DNA of 64,000 nucleotides from Candidatus Eiseniibacteriota bacterium (GTDB lineage Bacteria; Eisenbacteria; RBG-16-71-46; SZUA-252): NCBI GenBank assembly GCA_963740415.1, contig CAVUEC010000003.1, positions 116,588 to 180,587 of the forward strand, read 5' to 3'. Shown piece by piece: positions 49,314 to 58,315 of this stretch (position 1 is its first letter; each line of letters starts with the position of its first letter). The notes under the pieces were generated by a model. It saw only the letters and a program-made list of their open reading frames with translations, ran no database searches and was not told where the DNA came from. The position numbers and the translations under genes were made by a program.

Positions 49314-52300
49314 CTAGCGCAGAAGGGTCATCTTCCTAGAGAAGATCGCCCCGCCGATCTCGGCCCGGTAGACGTAGATCCCGGACGCCGCGGGATTGCC
49401 GCGCTCGTCGCGGCCGTCCCATCGGGCCACATGATAGCCGGGTTCGACGCGGCGGGAAACCAGTGTCCGCACGAGGCGTCCGCCCATGGAGAAGACCCTG
49501 AGGCGCACCTCGACCGGCATCGTCCCGGGCACGGCGAATCCGATGGCGGTCACCGGATTGAAGGGATTGGGCCGGTTCTGCTCCACCCAAGCCGCGTGCA
49601 ACGTGGCGGGCGGCGCCGGCTCCGGCGGCAGCGTGTCGACCGCCGTGAGAATTGGGAACGTGAAGAGCCCGGTCCGCCAGTTGTCGTGGCGGAACATCGG
49701 CCACGCCATGCCCGCGGGATTGAACGTGCCGGGATAACGCCACGCGTAGAGCTGGCGGTCCCAGCCCGCGACGAGGATGTCGCTTGCGCCGTCGCCGTCC
49801 AAATCCCAGACCGCGGGCGAGCTGCGCACCTCGGCCCCGGTTTCGATCGGGAAGCCGCTGACCGCGGTCCCGTCGGCGTGGAACGCGTAGAGGCGTCTGT
49901 CCTCGGAGCCGATCAGGACTTCGAGGGATCCGTCACCGTCGAGATCGGCCACGACCGGAGTCGCTTCCGTGCCGCCGCCCAGGTGGACCGGCCATCCCGG
50001 AAGCGTGTTCCCGGCCGGCCCAAAAGCGTCGAGCGTCCCGTCGGTGCCCGCGATGATGACGCAGAGCGACGGATCGCCGAGGTGCTTGCGCAGCGGCGCT
50101 AAGACCGGCGAGTTCACTCGTCCGTTCCCCGGGGTCAGCTCGAGCGACTTGGGCCAACCCGTGGCCCTCGCTCCGGTCGCGGTCAGCACGTAGACGCTGT
50201 CGTTGCCGCAGGCGATCGCGATCTCGAGAGAGCCTCCGGGAACGATATCGCCGATCGCGGGGCTCGAGCTCATGGTACCGCCGGCCACGATGAACGGCCA
50301 CGAACCCGGAAGCGCGACCCCGTTCCGCAGAACGTAAACCCACCCCGCCGACGTTCCGAAGATGACTTCCCGATTTCCGTCGTGCAGAAGATCCGCGATC
50401 GCCGGCGAGGAGATCACGCTCCCACTGGGCAGGAAATAGACGCCGTTCGTCGCGGGATTCGAGTCGCCGTCGCGCACCTCCGTGCCGTCCGCCTTCCAGG
50501 CGTAGAGCCGGTTGGTGTTCGATCCGACCACGATCTCCAGCTGGCCGTCGCCGTCGATGTCCCCCACCGCGGGCACCGACCAGAACGGCGCCGCGCCCTT
50601 GTGGGGCCACCCCGGCATGAGCGTTCCGTTCACCCGGTAGACCGCCATCGTGGAGTCGTCCCACGACGCGGCGATGATCTCCGGAATTCCGTCGAAGTCG
50701 AGGTCCGCCGCCGCGGGCGAGGACGCGATGTTGCGCTGGAGCGTGGTGAAGATCCCGGTGGTCACCGCGTTCTGGTCGCCGTCCAACCAGTCGCTCCCAT
50801 CGGGACGGAACACGTAGAGATATTCGGCGCCCACAAGAACCTCGGGGCGATCGTCCCCGTCCAGGTCCGCGAGGCAGACCGAGGACGAGGTGGATTGCCC
50901 CAGCGACGCGGGCCATCCGGGCAGCGACGGCGGCGTCGTGCTCGCGAGGAGAATCGGCGACCGGGCGCTCTCGTTTCCGCTCGAGTCGACCGCGCTCATC
51001 TGGTAGCGATAGGACGTGAGGAAGGAGAGCCCCACGTCCTCGAATCCCGGCGAGCGGCGGATCGGAATCGTGGTCACGAGCTGCGGGGTGCTGGCGTCGT
51101 TCGGGGCGCGATAGACACGGTAGCCGAGCAGGTCGTTCGCCGCGACGCCGTCCCACGCGAGGACGATCCGGTCGATGCCCGACGATTCAACCCTGGGGTT
51201 GGCGGGTGCTGCGGGCGCGGCCCGCTCGATCGGGAACGTCCACGAGTGCCCGTACGCGTCGGTCAGACTGAGATCGAAGATCCGGCCCGACGGAACGGCC
51301 GTCACCTGGAAGCGAAGCGGCGGGACCGAGCCCGTTCCACCCGGCGCGATGTCGGCCACCCCGGTGTTGGTGTCGAGCAGCGTCACCCCTGCCGCGGGGT
51401 TCAAGACCTGGGCTACGAGGCCGCGCGCGCGCGCGCCGCCGTCGTTGGCGATCGCGTAGCCGAGCGTCGCGGTTTCGCCTGGATCGAGCACGCCGTTCCC
51501 GTTTCCAAACGCCGCGTCGCTGAAGACGTTGGCGGCCACGATCGGGATGGCGGCGCCGACCGCGAGCGCGACTTCGGCGGTATCGGCGCGCACGCCGTCG
51601 GAAAGGATGACGCGGATCCGCTCCGAACGCGCCGCGTTCGGCGTCGCGAGCGCGTGCGCGCGAAGGTTCGTGGGCATCGCGGCCTGGACCCCGGCCGCGA
51701 GCGCTGAAACCGAGCCGCTCCCCACGTCCACGGCGACTCCAGCCGTCAGGGCCTGGATCGTGACCGCGATCGGTCCGGCGCCGGCGCTCCCGCCCACGTT
51801 CTGAACCGAGCCGCCGATCCCGAAGGTCTCCCCGGCGCCCACGATTCCGTCGGAGTCCCCTCCGAGGTCGTCCCGGAACGTCCCGTTCTTCAGCGCATAC
51901 ACCGCGGGGGCGACCGACGTGACCGTGAGCGAATCCAGGAAGGGCGTCGCTCCGTCGGCCGTGACCGCGAGCGAAAACGAGCCGGTCGAGCCCGGATGAA
52001 ACGGCACCGTGGCCTGGCCGAGCGCGTTCGTGCGCGCGACGCGGTAATCGTCTCCGGTCTTCCACACCGTGACGAGCGCGGACTCCGCGGGGGCGCCGCC
52101 ACGCAAGACCGTCACGGCGACGCTGGCCGAGCCGAGCGGCACCGTCGAGGGTCGCGTCACGCTGAGCGAGAGCGGAGGACACTTCCAGAGCGGCATCGAC
52201 GGAACGCCAAGAAGGATCGTCTCGAAGAAGCCCCACCGATCGAGCGACTCGGTGCGGGCGCTGGGAAGGAGGAGCGCGCGCGCGCCTTCAACGGCGTCGC

Positions 52301-53486
52301 CCAAGGGCTCGGGGGCGGCGCCGAACAGCCGTTCGTAGATCCCGTCGGAGACCTTCGCGTTGGTGTTGGGCCACGCGTCCCGGGTCGCCCCGACGTAGGC
52401 CATGGTCCCACCGGTCGCCGAGCGCACCATTCGCTCGGCGACGCAGTCGAAATCCACCGCGGCGGACGCGCAGTCGGCCGCCAGCCACAGGGCCGTCGAA
52501 TCCCCCGTCGGGATCGCGGCGAGGTCGGTCCCCGTGATGACCGCGTCCCCGAACGAGAGTTGGGAGCGCGAGCCGTGGCCAAAGTGCGCCACGACGTGAA
52601 AGTTCTGCGCGATGGCCGCGATCGCGTTGGTCCGCGTGAACTGGGTTGTGCCCGGATAGGCCGAAGAATTCTCGTAGAGGCGCGTCGCGGCGACGCAGGA
52701 GGGCGTCCTCACTAAGAGTGACTCCGCGTGAGGCGCGGCGTCGAAGCTGACAAAATCCCCCGGTTGCCACGTCTGCGGGAGATAGATCTCGCCCAGGAGC
52801 AGGTTCTGCCCCACGGAGGCGGCGGCGAGTCCTTTGGCGTAGCGGATCGCCCGGTCCACGATCCGCGTGGCCTCGGCGCGCGTGTTGGCGGAGAGGCGCC
52901 CCACGATGATGTCGGGCACCATGTCGAGGCTGTCCGCCACCTCGCCGTAGATGCCGTTCCCGTTTCGATCCCACGTGCCGTCGAGATCCTCGTAATAGAC
53001 GTCGGTCGGGATGTCCTCGACGATCGGGCTCGTGACCTGGATCGTGCGCAGGGGGATCGCCTCGTGATCTCCCGCGAGCATCGCCCAGTGGATCCCCCAC
53101 AGCTCGTACGCGGAACGCAGGAAGGTCCGGACCGCCTGCGCGAAGTCGTTGGAGCGTGGATCGAGCGCCCGGATGGTCGAAAGACCCCGGACCACGGTGG
53201 TGCGGCCGGTCCGGGTTTGGTAGTCCGCGAGCTTCTGGTAGACGTCCATCAGCGAGTCGGGGGCGAGGATCACGCAGTCGACCGGAGACCCGGACGCTGA
53301 AGGAAGAAGGGACGGGGCGAACGGGGCCGCTCGCCCAGGGTCGGAGGCGGGGCGCGGCGCGGGCGGAGGCAGAGCCTGGACCGGGTTCGCGACCGCCAGC
53401 CCGAAGAGCAGCGCCAAAGCGGGCCCGAGACGCGCCAGGACCCTTGAAACTAGATTAAGTGCTGGGTGGAAAGACTTGCGACTCAA
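49314..53486 (-). CDS. Secreted peptidase C25 (gingipain-like, clan CD) with FG-GAP/VCBS-type repeats and T9SS-type C-terminal sorting domain (~1390 aa)
   Basis: Signal peptide region VLARLGPALALLFGLAVANPVQA. Catalytic His/Cys context (HVVAHFGHGS, LWLAADCASAAVDFD) after a propeptide-like region. At least 5 DLDGDG..E..VGS repeats. C-terminus NRPNPFNPVTAIGFAV...LRVFSMGGRLVRTL...WDGRDERGNPAASGIYVYRA. Start taken as the TTG at 53486. The first ~560 codons of the track ORF were rejected as read-through over the GT39 gene. Confidence 0.68.
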   Translation of the reverse strand: MSRKSFHPALNLVSRVLARLGPALALLFGLAVANPVQALPPPAPRPASDPGRAAPFAPSLLPSASGSPVDCVILAPDSLMDVYQKLADYQTRTGRTTVVRGLSTIRALDPRSNDFAQAVRTFLRSAYELWGIHWAMLAGDHEAIPLRTIQVTSPIVEDIPTDVYYEDLDGTWDRNGNGIYGEVADSLDMVPDIIVGRLSANTRAEATRIVDRAIRYAKGLAAASVGQNLLLGEIYLPQTWQPGDFVSFDAAPHAESLLVRTPSCVAATRLYENSSAYPGTTQFTRTNAIAAIAQNFHVVAHFGHGSRSQLSFGDAVITGTDLAAIPTGDSTALWLAADCASAAVDFDCVAERMVRSATGGTMAYVGATRDAWPNTNAKVSDGIYERLFGAAPEPLGDAVEGARALLLPSARTESLDRWGFFETILLGVPSMPLWKCPPLSLSVTRPSTVPLGSASVAVTVLRGGAPAESALVTVWKTGDDYRVARTNALGQATVPFHPGSTGSFSLAVTADGATPFLDSLTVTSVAPAVYALKNGTFRDDLGGDSDGIVGAGETFGIGGSVQNVGGSAGAGPIAVTIQALTAGVAVDVGSGSVSALAAGVQAAMPTNLRAHALATPNAARSERIRVILSDGVRADTAEVALAVGAAIPIVAANVFSDAAFGNGNGVLDPGETATLGYAIANDGGARARGLVAQVLNPAAGVTLLDTNTGVADIAPGGTGSVPPLRFQVTAVPSGRIFDLSLTDAYGHSWTFPIERAAPAAPANPRVESSGIDRIVLAWDGVAANDLLGYRVYRAPNDASTPQLVTTIPIRRSPGFEDVGLSFLTSYRYQMSAVDSSGNESARSPILLASTTPPSLPGWPASLGQSTSSSVCLADLDGDDRPEVLVGAEYLYVFRPDGSDWLDGDQNAVTTGIFTTLQRNIASSPAAADLDFDGIPEIIAASWDDSTMAVYRVNGTLMPGWPHKGAAPFWSVPAVGDIDGDGQLEIVVGSNTNRLYAWKADGTEVRDGDSNPATNGVYFLPSGSVISSPAIADLLHDGNREVIFGTSAGWVYVLRNGVALPGSWPFIVAGGTMSSSPAIGDIVPGGSLEIAIACGNDSVYVLTATGARATGWPKSLELTPGNGRVNSPVLAPLRKHLGDPSLCVIIAGTDGTLDAFGPAGNTLPGWPVHLGGGTEATPVVADLDGDGSLEVLIGSEDRRLYAFHADGTAVSGFPIETGAEVRSSPAVWDLDGDGASDILVAGWDRQLYAWRYPGTFNPAGMAWPMFRHDNWRTGLFTFPILTAVDTLPPEPAPPATLHAAWVEQNRPNPFNPVTAIGFAVPGTMPVEVRLRVFSMGGRLVRTLVSRRVEPGYHVARWDGRDERGNPAASGIYVYRAEIGGAIFSRKMTLLR

Positions 53487-53566
53487 TGAGGTTACCGTAG
53501 TGGGGGGAGAGCGCCTTCGACCGGAGCGCCCACAACCAATAACGATAGCCGAACGGGTCCGGTAAT

Positions 53567-55216
53567 TCAATCCCCGGGAGCGCGGCGAACCCGCGACCCT
53601 CGGCCCGCCAGAGCCAGGTGCTGCCCCTGACTGTCGTAGACCTCCCAGCGGATCGCGTACAGGGAGTAGACGTACGTCCTCGGCCGGGTGATTCCCAGGT
53701 CCGGGATCGAGTGGGCCGCGACGAAGTGGTACGGATTGGACGGCTCGCCGTCGCTGGCGAGCCGGTTCGCTTCGGTCGCCCGATCCAGCAGGTAGGACGG
53801 CCTCCCCACCTTCTCGAAGAGCAGGTTCTCGACCACCGAGTCGTACCCGGCGCGAACGACGATGGGCGCCATCTCGGGCGTGACCAGGCCGAAGAGGTCC
53901 AGAACCGGCCGATCCGAGTAGTAGCCAAAGGCGCCGATGTCGGACGCGGCGAATCGGGTCCCCGGCGGGGTGGACGCCTTCGCCCAGAGACCGAAGGCCG
54001 CGAGCGAGGACCGGAGTCCCGCCGTGTGGCGTCGCGCGTGAGGCGCGCTGTAGCGAAGCGTCACGTACCCGTTCACCCCCGCGTCGAGAAGAAGGACGAG
54101 GAGCAGGGCCGCCGCCGCCCGCCGCGGCGTAAGCCTCGAGGCGGCCCACTGGAAACTCGCGATCCCAGCGAGGAGAACCGAAGGCACCGCCGGAACGAGG
54201 TAGCGCGAGACGACCTGCACGCCGCCCGCGGCCAGGCCCGCCGTGAGCAGAACCGGCCAGCCGATCACGAGGAGCCAGAGCGCCCGGCGCTCGCGCGACA
54301 TCGATTTCCAGAGCGCGGGCGCGGCCGCGAGGGCCAGGACGAGGAGGAGAAGCGGCAACGCGTCGGTCGCGAGCGCGATGCGGATCGACGCGCGGATCGC
54401 GGACGCGGCAAGCGCCGGATCGAAGGGCGCGCCCGCCTTGGCCGCGCTCGTATTCGGAAGAAGGCGGTGAAAGGTGCTCCAGGCGTAGAGGAGCCACGGC
54501 CCGCCGCCAAGCAGTACGCCCGCCAGCGCCTTCCCCGCTCGCGCGGCGCGGTTCGCGCTCGATCCGTACGCGATGGTCGCGATGCCGAGCGCCGCCAAAA
54601 GCCAGCACTCCGGCCTCGCGAGCGTGCCCAGTCCGAGGAGAATGCCGGCGAGGAGCGTCCCCCGCCCCTGGAGCAGCGCGCGCGCGGTGGCCCATGTCGC
54701 GAGGACGGCCAACAGGGTCGCCATCGGGGTCTCCATGCCGGAGAGCGCCCAGCGCGCGGACCACGCGTGAAGCGCCAGGAGTGCCGCCGCCGCGAGCGCG
54801 AGGCGGGGCCTCCATCCGAGCAGCGACCCCAGCCGCGCCAGCGCGACGACGCTGACCGCGAGGCAGAGCGCGCCCCACGCCTTCGCGATCGTCGCGAGCG
54901 CGGGCATCGACACGGCTTCCGACGGCGTCTCGCCGGCGTTCGGCACCAGCCGTCCCGTCGCCGCGAGGAGCAACGCCCATCCTGGACTCGTGTCGCCGTA
55001 CGTCGGCTTTCCCGGCTCGAACGAGAAGCCGTGTCCCGAGACGATGTTCTTCGCGAACTGAAGGTGGATGAACGTGTCGTCGGTCAGATATCCGAGGAAG
55101 GGCGCAACGTGGACCCAGGCGAGGAGGACCAGGAGCGTGAGGGCGATCGTGTGACGGCCGGCCCACGCGCGCGCGGGTCCGTCTGAAAACGGGCCGGCCT
55201 GGGGCCGGTCGCTCAC
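53567..55216 (-). CDS. Polytopic membrane glycosyltransferase, GT39/ArnT-PMT-like (GT-C fold)
   Basis: 549 aa with ~11-13 hydrophobic segments. The N-terminal loop FIHLQFAKNIVSGHGFSF..YGDTSPGW is typical of ArnT/PMT_2 family enzymes. Confidence 0.65.
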   Translation of the reverse strand: MSDRPQAGPFSDGPARAWAGRHTIALTLLVLLAWVHVAPFLGYLTDDTFIHLQFAKNIVSGHGFSFEPGKPTYGDTSPGWALLLAATGRLVPNAGETPSEAVSMPALATIAKAWGALCLAVSVVALARLGSLLGWRPRLALAAAALLALHAWSARWALSGMETPMATLLAVLATWATARALLQGRGTLLAGILLGLGTLARPECWLLAALGIATIAYGSSANRAARAGKALAGVLLGGGPWLLYAWSTFHRLLPNTSAAKAGAPFDPALAASAIRASIRIALATDALPLLLLVLALAAAPALWKSMSRERRALWLLVIGWPVLLTAGLAAGGVQVVSRYLVPAVPSVLLAGIASFQWAASRLTPRRAAAALLLVLLLDAGVNGYVTLRYSAPHARRHTAGLRSSLAAFGLWAKASTPPGTRFAASDIGAFGYYSDRPVLDLFGLVTPEMAPIVVRAGYDSVVENLLFEKVGRPSYLLDRATEANRLASDGEPSNPYHFVAAHSIPDLGITRPRTYVYSLYAIRWEVYDSQGQHLALAGRGSRVRRAPGD

Positions 55217-55223
55217 GACGCGC

Positions 55224-55452
55224 TCACGTCGCGCGCAGCCAGTGCGCGATCCGGGACGCCACGGCGTCGGGGGTGAAGCCCAGCTCCTTCGCGAGCACCT
55301 CGGCAGGGGCCGAGGCGCCGAAGCGATTGAGCCCGATTCGAAGCGCGTCCGCTCCCACGAGCGCGCACCATGGATCGGTCTGCGCCGCCTCGACCGAAGA
55401 TCGCGCCGTCGGCCAGGATGTGGCCGGCGTGAGCCAGGGGGACGAGCAGTGC
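55224..55452 (-). pseudogene. Transketolase C-terminal remnant (~77 aa) with an internal +1 frameshift
   Basis: Two frames together read ...DPWCALVGADALRIGLNRFGASAPAEVLAKELGFTPDAVASRIAHWLRAT*. Compare the E. coli TktA C-terminus [35 protein letters not shown]. No upstream transketolase body is present. Confidence 0.45.
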
Positions 55453-55454
55453 CA

Positions 55455-55700
55455 TCAGACGGTGGCGGGTCGCGTGTCGGTCTTGTGCTTGGGCTCGCGC
55501 GCGCCGACCGGTTTCGGCGAGCGCCGGATTGGCTTGCCGCCGAGGCGCTCCAGCCGGGCGAGGCCCCAGCCGACGACGAAGATCAGCGCGAAGGAGATCC
55601 CGCCGACACCGAGGTAGGCGACCAGCGTGAGGAACGCCGGCACGCCCTTCTTCTGCTCGCGCTGGAGCAGCTGGTGGTCGAGCTCGAAGGAGCGCGTCAT
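55455..55700 (-). CDS. Hypothetical small membrane protein (81 aa)
   Basis: One TM segment (VPAFLTLVAYLGVGGISFALIFVVGW). Stop/start overlap (TGATG) with the transketolase-remnant ORF. Confidence 0.35.
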   Translation of the reverse strand: MTRSFELDHQLLQREQKKGVPAFLTLVAYLGVGGISFALIFVVGWGLARLERLGGKPIRRSPKPVGAREPKHKTDTRPATV

Positions 55701-57324
55701 GTGCGACTGGACCGGGACCCGGCGACTGGGATTGCCGGATCGGCCGGCATGAAGATCGGCAGCCCGGCGAGCTGGCGGCCGTGGTGGAGGCGCAGCGTCG
55801 TCTTCCAGGTGCCGTCCACGTGGATCGGCTGGGTGATCCGGTAGAGGCCGGGGCCGATCTGGTCAGGTGTGTCGATGTGCGCGGGGCCGTCCTTGCCCTG
55901 CCAGCTGGTCACGTTGAACCAGTAGGCGCCGCTCGCCGCGTCGGGCGGGTTGAGGCGGAAGGTGCCGGTCGCCTCGCGGCCGTCGGGCGTGTTGCTGGAC
56001 GTTCAGGTTGAAGGTGGCGGTCGCGTGCGGCCCGGTGTTCACCGGGATCAGGAAGGCGACCACGCCGACCGCCGCGACGGCGGCGACGGCGAGCGCGGCT
56101 CGGGGCACCCGCTCCCGCGCGCTCCACCGCCGGAGTCAGGCAGCGGCCGATGAAGCCGCCGATCACGCCGCCGGCGAGGGCGGCGATCAGGCCGGTGATC
56201 GCTCCCTCGGGGAAGAGGGAGGCCGGCCACGGGTTGACGATCCAGACGTGCGACCAGCCCCACTCGGCGGCGAGGCCGATCGTGCCGATGCCGAGGCCGG
56301 CGAGGGCGCCGAAGGTGATCGGCCGCTCGGCGGCGTCGCGGCCGCGCAGGTAGAGGAAGCCCGACCGCTTCGACCACGAGCGCCTCGGCGACGTAGGGCG
56401 GGAAGTGCGGGGTGATCTCGCCGAAGAGCGGCCCGATCAGGAAGGCGAGCAGGCCGCGGATCGCGAGGTAGCCGAGCAGCGCGCCGATCGCGCCGCCGCG
56501 GCCGATCCGGATCCGCGCCGTGACCAGCGCGATCCCGGCGGCCAGCATGATCAGGGTGGGGTGGAGGGCGAGCGCGAACTGCGGCACGCCGAAGTCGAAC
56601 TCGCCCTGGAAGGTCGACATCGCGACCAGGAAGGCGCCGGCGAGGATCGACCTCGCGGAAGCGAGTAAACGCCGGCAGCGGGCGGCCCGCGGCCTTGCGC
56701 TCCTCATCGCCCTCGGCGTGGAGCGCCCAGGCGCCGAGCACCGAGAGCGAGGCGCCGCCGATCAGCATCAGGTGGGTCGGCCCCCAGAGCGTCACGTCCT
56801 GGCCGAAGATCCGGTGCCAGATGTCGTCGAGCGGGAACGCTGCCAGCGAGCTCGCCCCGCAGGCCGTGATCATCAGCGCGCCGATCGGCGCGTGCCAGCC
56901 GGGCGCGATCTCGAACGAGGTCCGCGTCGGCTTGTCGGAGAGGGCGAGGCCGAGCACGCCGGCGAGCAGCACGCCGAAGAGCCCGGCGAGGATGAAGTAG
57001 TGGGCTGGGTTCGCGAGCGGCCCCGGGTCGCGGCCCTGGTCGATGTGCAGGGAGATGTCCCAGTACATGCCGAAGACCGCGATCAGGAGCGTCACGCCGA
57101 GGAAGGTGCCGGGCAGCGCCGCCCAGCCGGGGAGGCTCGGTCGCCGTGCCTCGAGCGTCGGCGAGGCGGCCGAGCGGCGGGAAGCGGCCCAGCTTGTAGA
57201 GCAGGATCGGGCCGAACAGCAGGACCGTCGCCACCATCGCGCCGGCGGTGGCGTAGATCACGTCGGAGATTGCAGCCCCTCCCGCGGGGGGAGTGCTCGC
57301 CCCGAGCAGGCCGGCGGAGAGCAT
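55697..57324 (-). pseudogene. Integral membrane protein, possibly with a C-terminal extracytoplasmic domain, broken by >=4 frameshifts
   Basis: Consecutive pieces in different frames: MLSAGLLG...ILLYKLGRF / MTLLIAVFGMYWDISLHIDQGRDPGPLANPAHYFILAGLF... / ...FALALHPTLIMLAAGIALV...LLGYLAIRGLLAF / ...GLIAALAGGVIGGFIG... / VPRAALAVAAVAAVGVVAFLIPVNTGPHATATFNLNV / ...GTFRLNPPDAASGAYWFNVTSWQGKDGPAHIDTPDQIGPGLYRITQPIHVDGTW... Confidence 0.45.
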
Positions 57325-57335
57325 CGCTGCCTCCT

Positions 57336-58315
57336 CTAGGTGGTCCCGGCGGCGATCGCCTCAGGGGCGGGCTGGGGCCCGCGCCGCAGGCGGTCGCGCA
57401 CCGTCTCCAGGGACCACTGGAACGGCTCTGTCTCCTCCATGAATTCGGTCAGCTCGTGGACGATCCGGTCCGGAGCGTCGAGCATCGGCCAGTGGCCGGA
57501 GCCCGGTAGTCTCGACGTAACGGCTGTGCTCAACGATCCGATGCGCGTTCCGGCCGTGCTCGACCGGGATGATCGGGTCGTTGTCGCCCCAGACGATCAG
57601 GGTCGGAAGTCTGGTCGGCGAGGTAGAGGCGGTCGAGGGCCGAGACGCGCTGGCCGTCGTGGTCGATCACGCAGCGCATCGTGTGGATGAAGGCCTCGCT
57701 CGCGCCCTCCTCGACCAGGGACGCGTAGCCGCGGGCGAACTCGGCGATGTCGGGCCCGGCCTCGATGCCCACCATGGCGCGCCACCGACCGGATCGCGTC
57801 GCCGGCCTTCACCGACCACTCGCGAGCGAGCAGTGGAAGCACCCACTCGGAGCCGGGAAGCGCCGCGGCGCGGAGCATGGGGTGGACCTCCTTACCGAGG
57901 CCGCCGGAGGCGATCAGCGCCATCCGCTCGACGTACTCGGGGAAGAGATAGGAGAACTGCATCGCGATCCCGCCGCCGAAGGAGTGGCCGACGACGGTGC
58001 GCGCGCTCGAAGCCGAGCACGGCCAGCAGGTCGCGGACCCCGGCGGCGTAGGCGCCGAGCGAGTAGTCGCCGCGCGGCTTGGCCGAGCGGCCGTGGCCGA
58101 TCAGGTCGGGCGCGACGACGGTGTAGTTCTCGGCGAGGCGCGGCATCACCTCGCGCCAGGCCTCCGACGGTCGAGGTGATCCCGTGCAGCAGCACGATCA
58201 GCTCGTCGCCCGAGCCGGCGGCCTGAAAGCCGACCTTGTGGCCGTGCAGCTCGATCTCCTCGTACTCGCCGAGCGGCTCGCCGCCCTTGGGCCATGCGGG
58301 GTGCGATTCGGTCAT
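57336..58315 (-). pseudogene. Alpha/beta hydrolase fold protein with >=4 frameshifts
   Basis: Pieces MTESHPAWPKG...ELHGHKVGFQAAGSGDELIVLLHGI / ...YTVVAPDLIGHGRSAKPRGDYSLGAYAAGVRDLLAVLGFERA / ...MQFSYLFPEYVERMALIASGG... / ...EFARGYASLVEEGASEAFIHTMRCVIDHDGQRV / ...GSGHWPMLDAPDRIVHELTEFMEE lie in four different frames. The ATG overlaps the acyl-CoA dehydrogenase stop (ATGA). Confidence 0.6.

Noticed and set aside
53487-55166. First ~560 codons of the 1950-aa minus-strand ORF (49314-55166)
   Set aside because: Open read-through in an alternative frame across the GT39 gene. Arg/Gly/Pro-rich junk. The real C25 protein begins at the signal peptide near 53486.
53618-55186. 522-aa plus-strand ORF
   Set aside because: Antisense to the GT39-like membrane protein. 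Extreme Arg/Glu/Pro bias.
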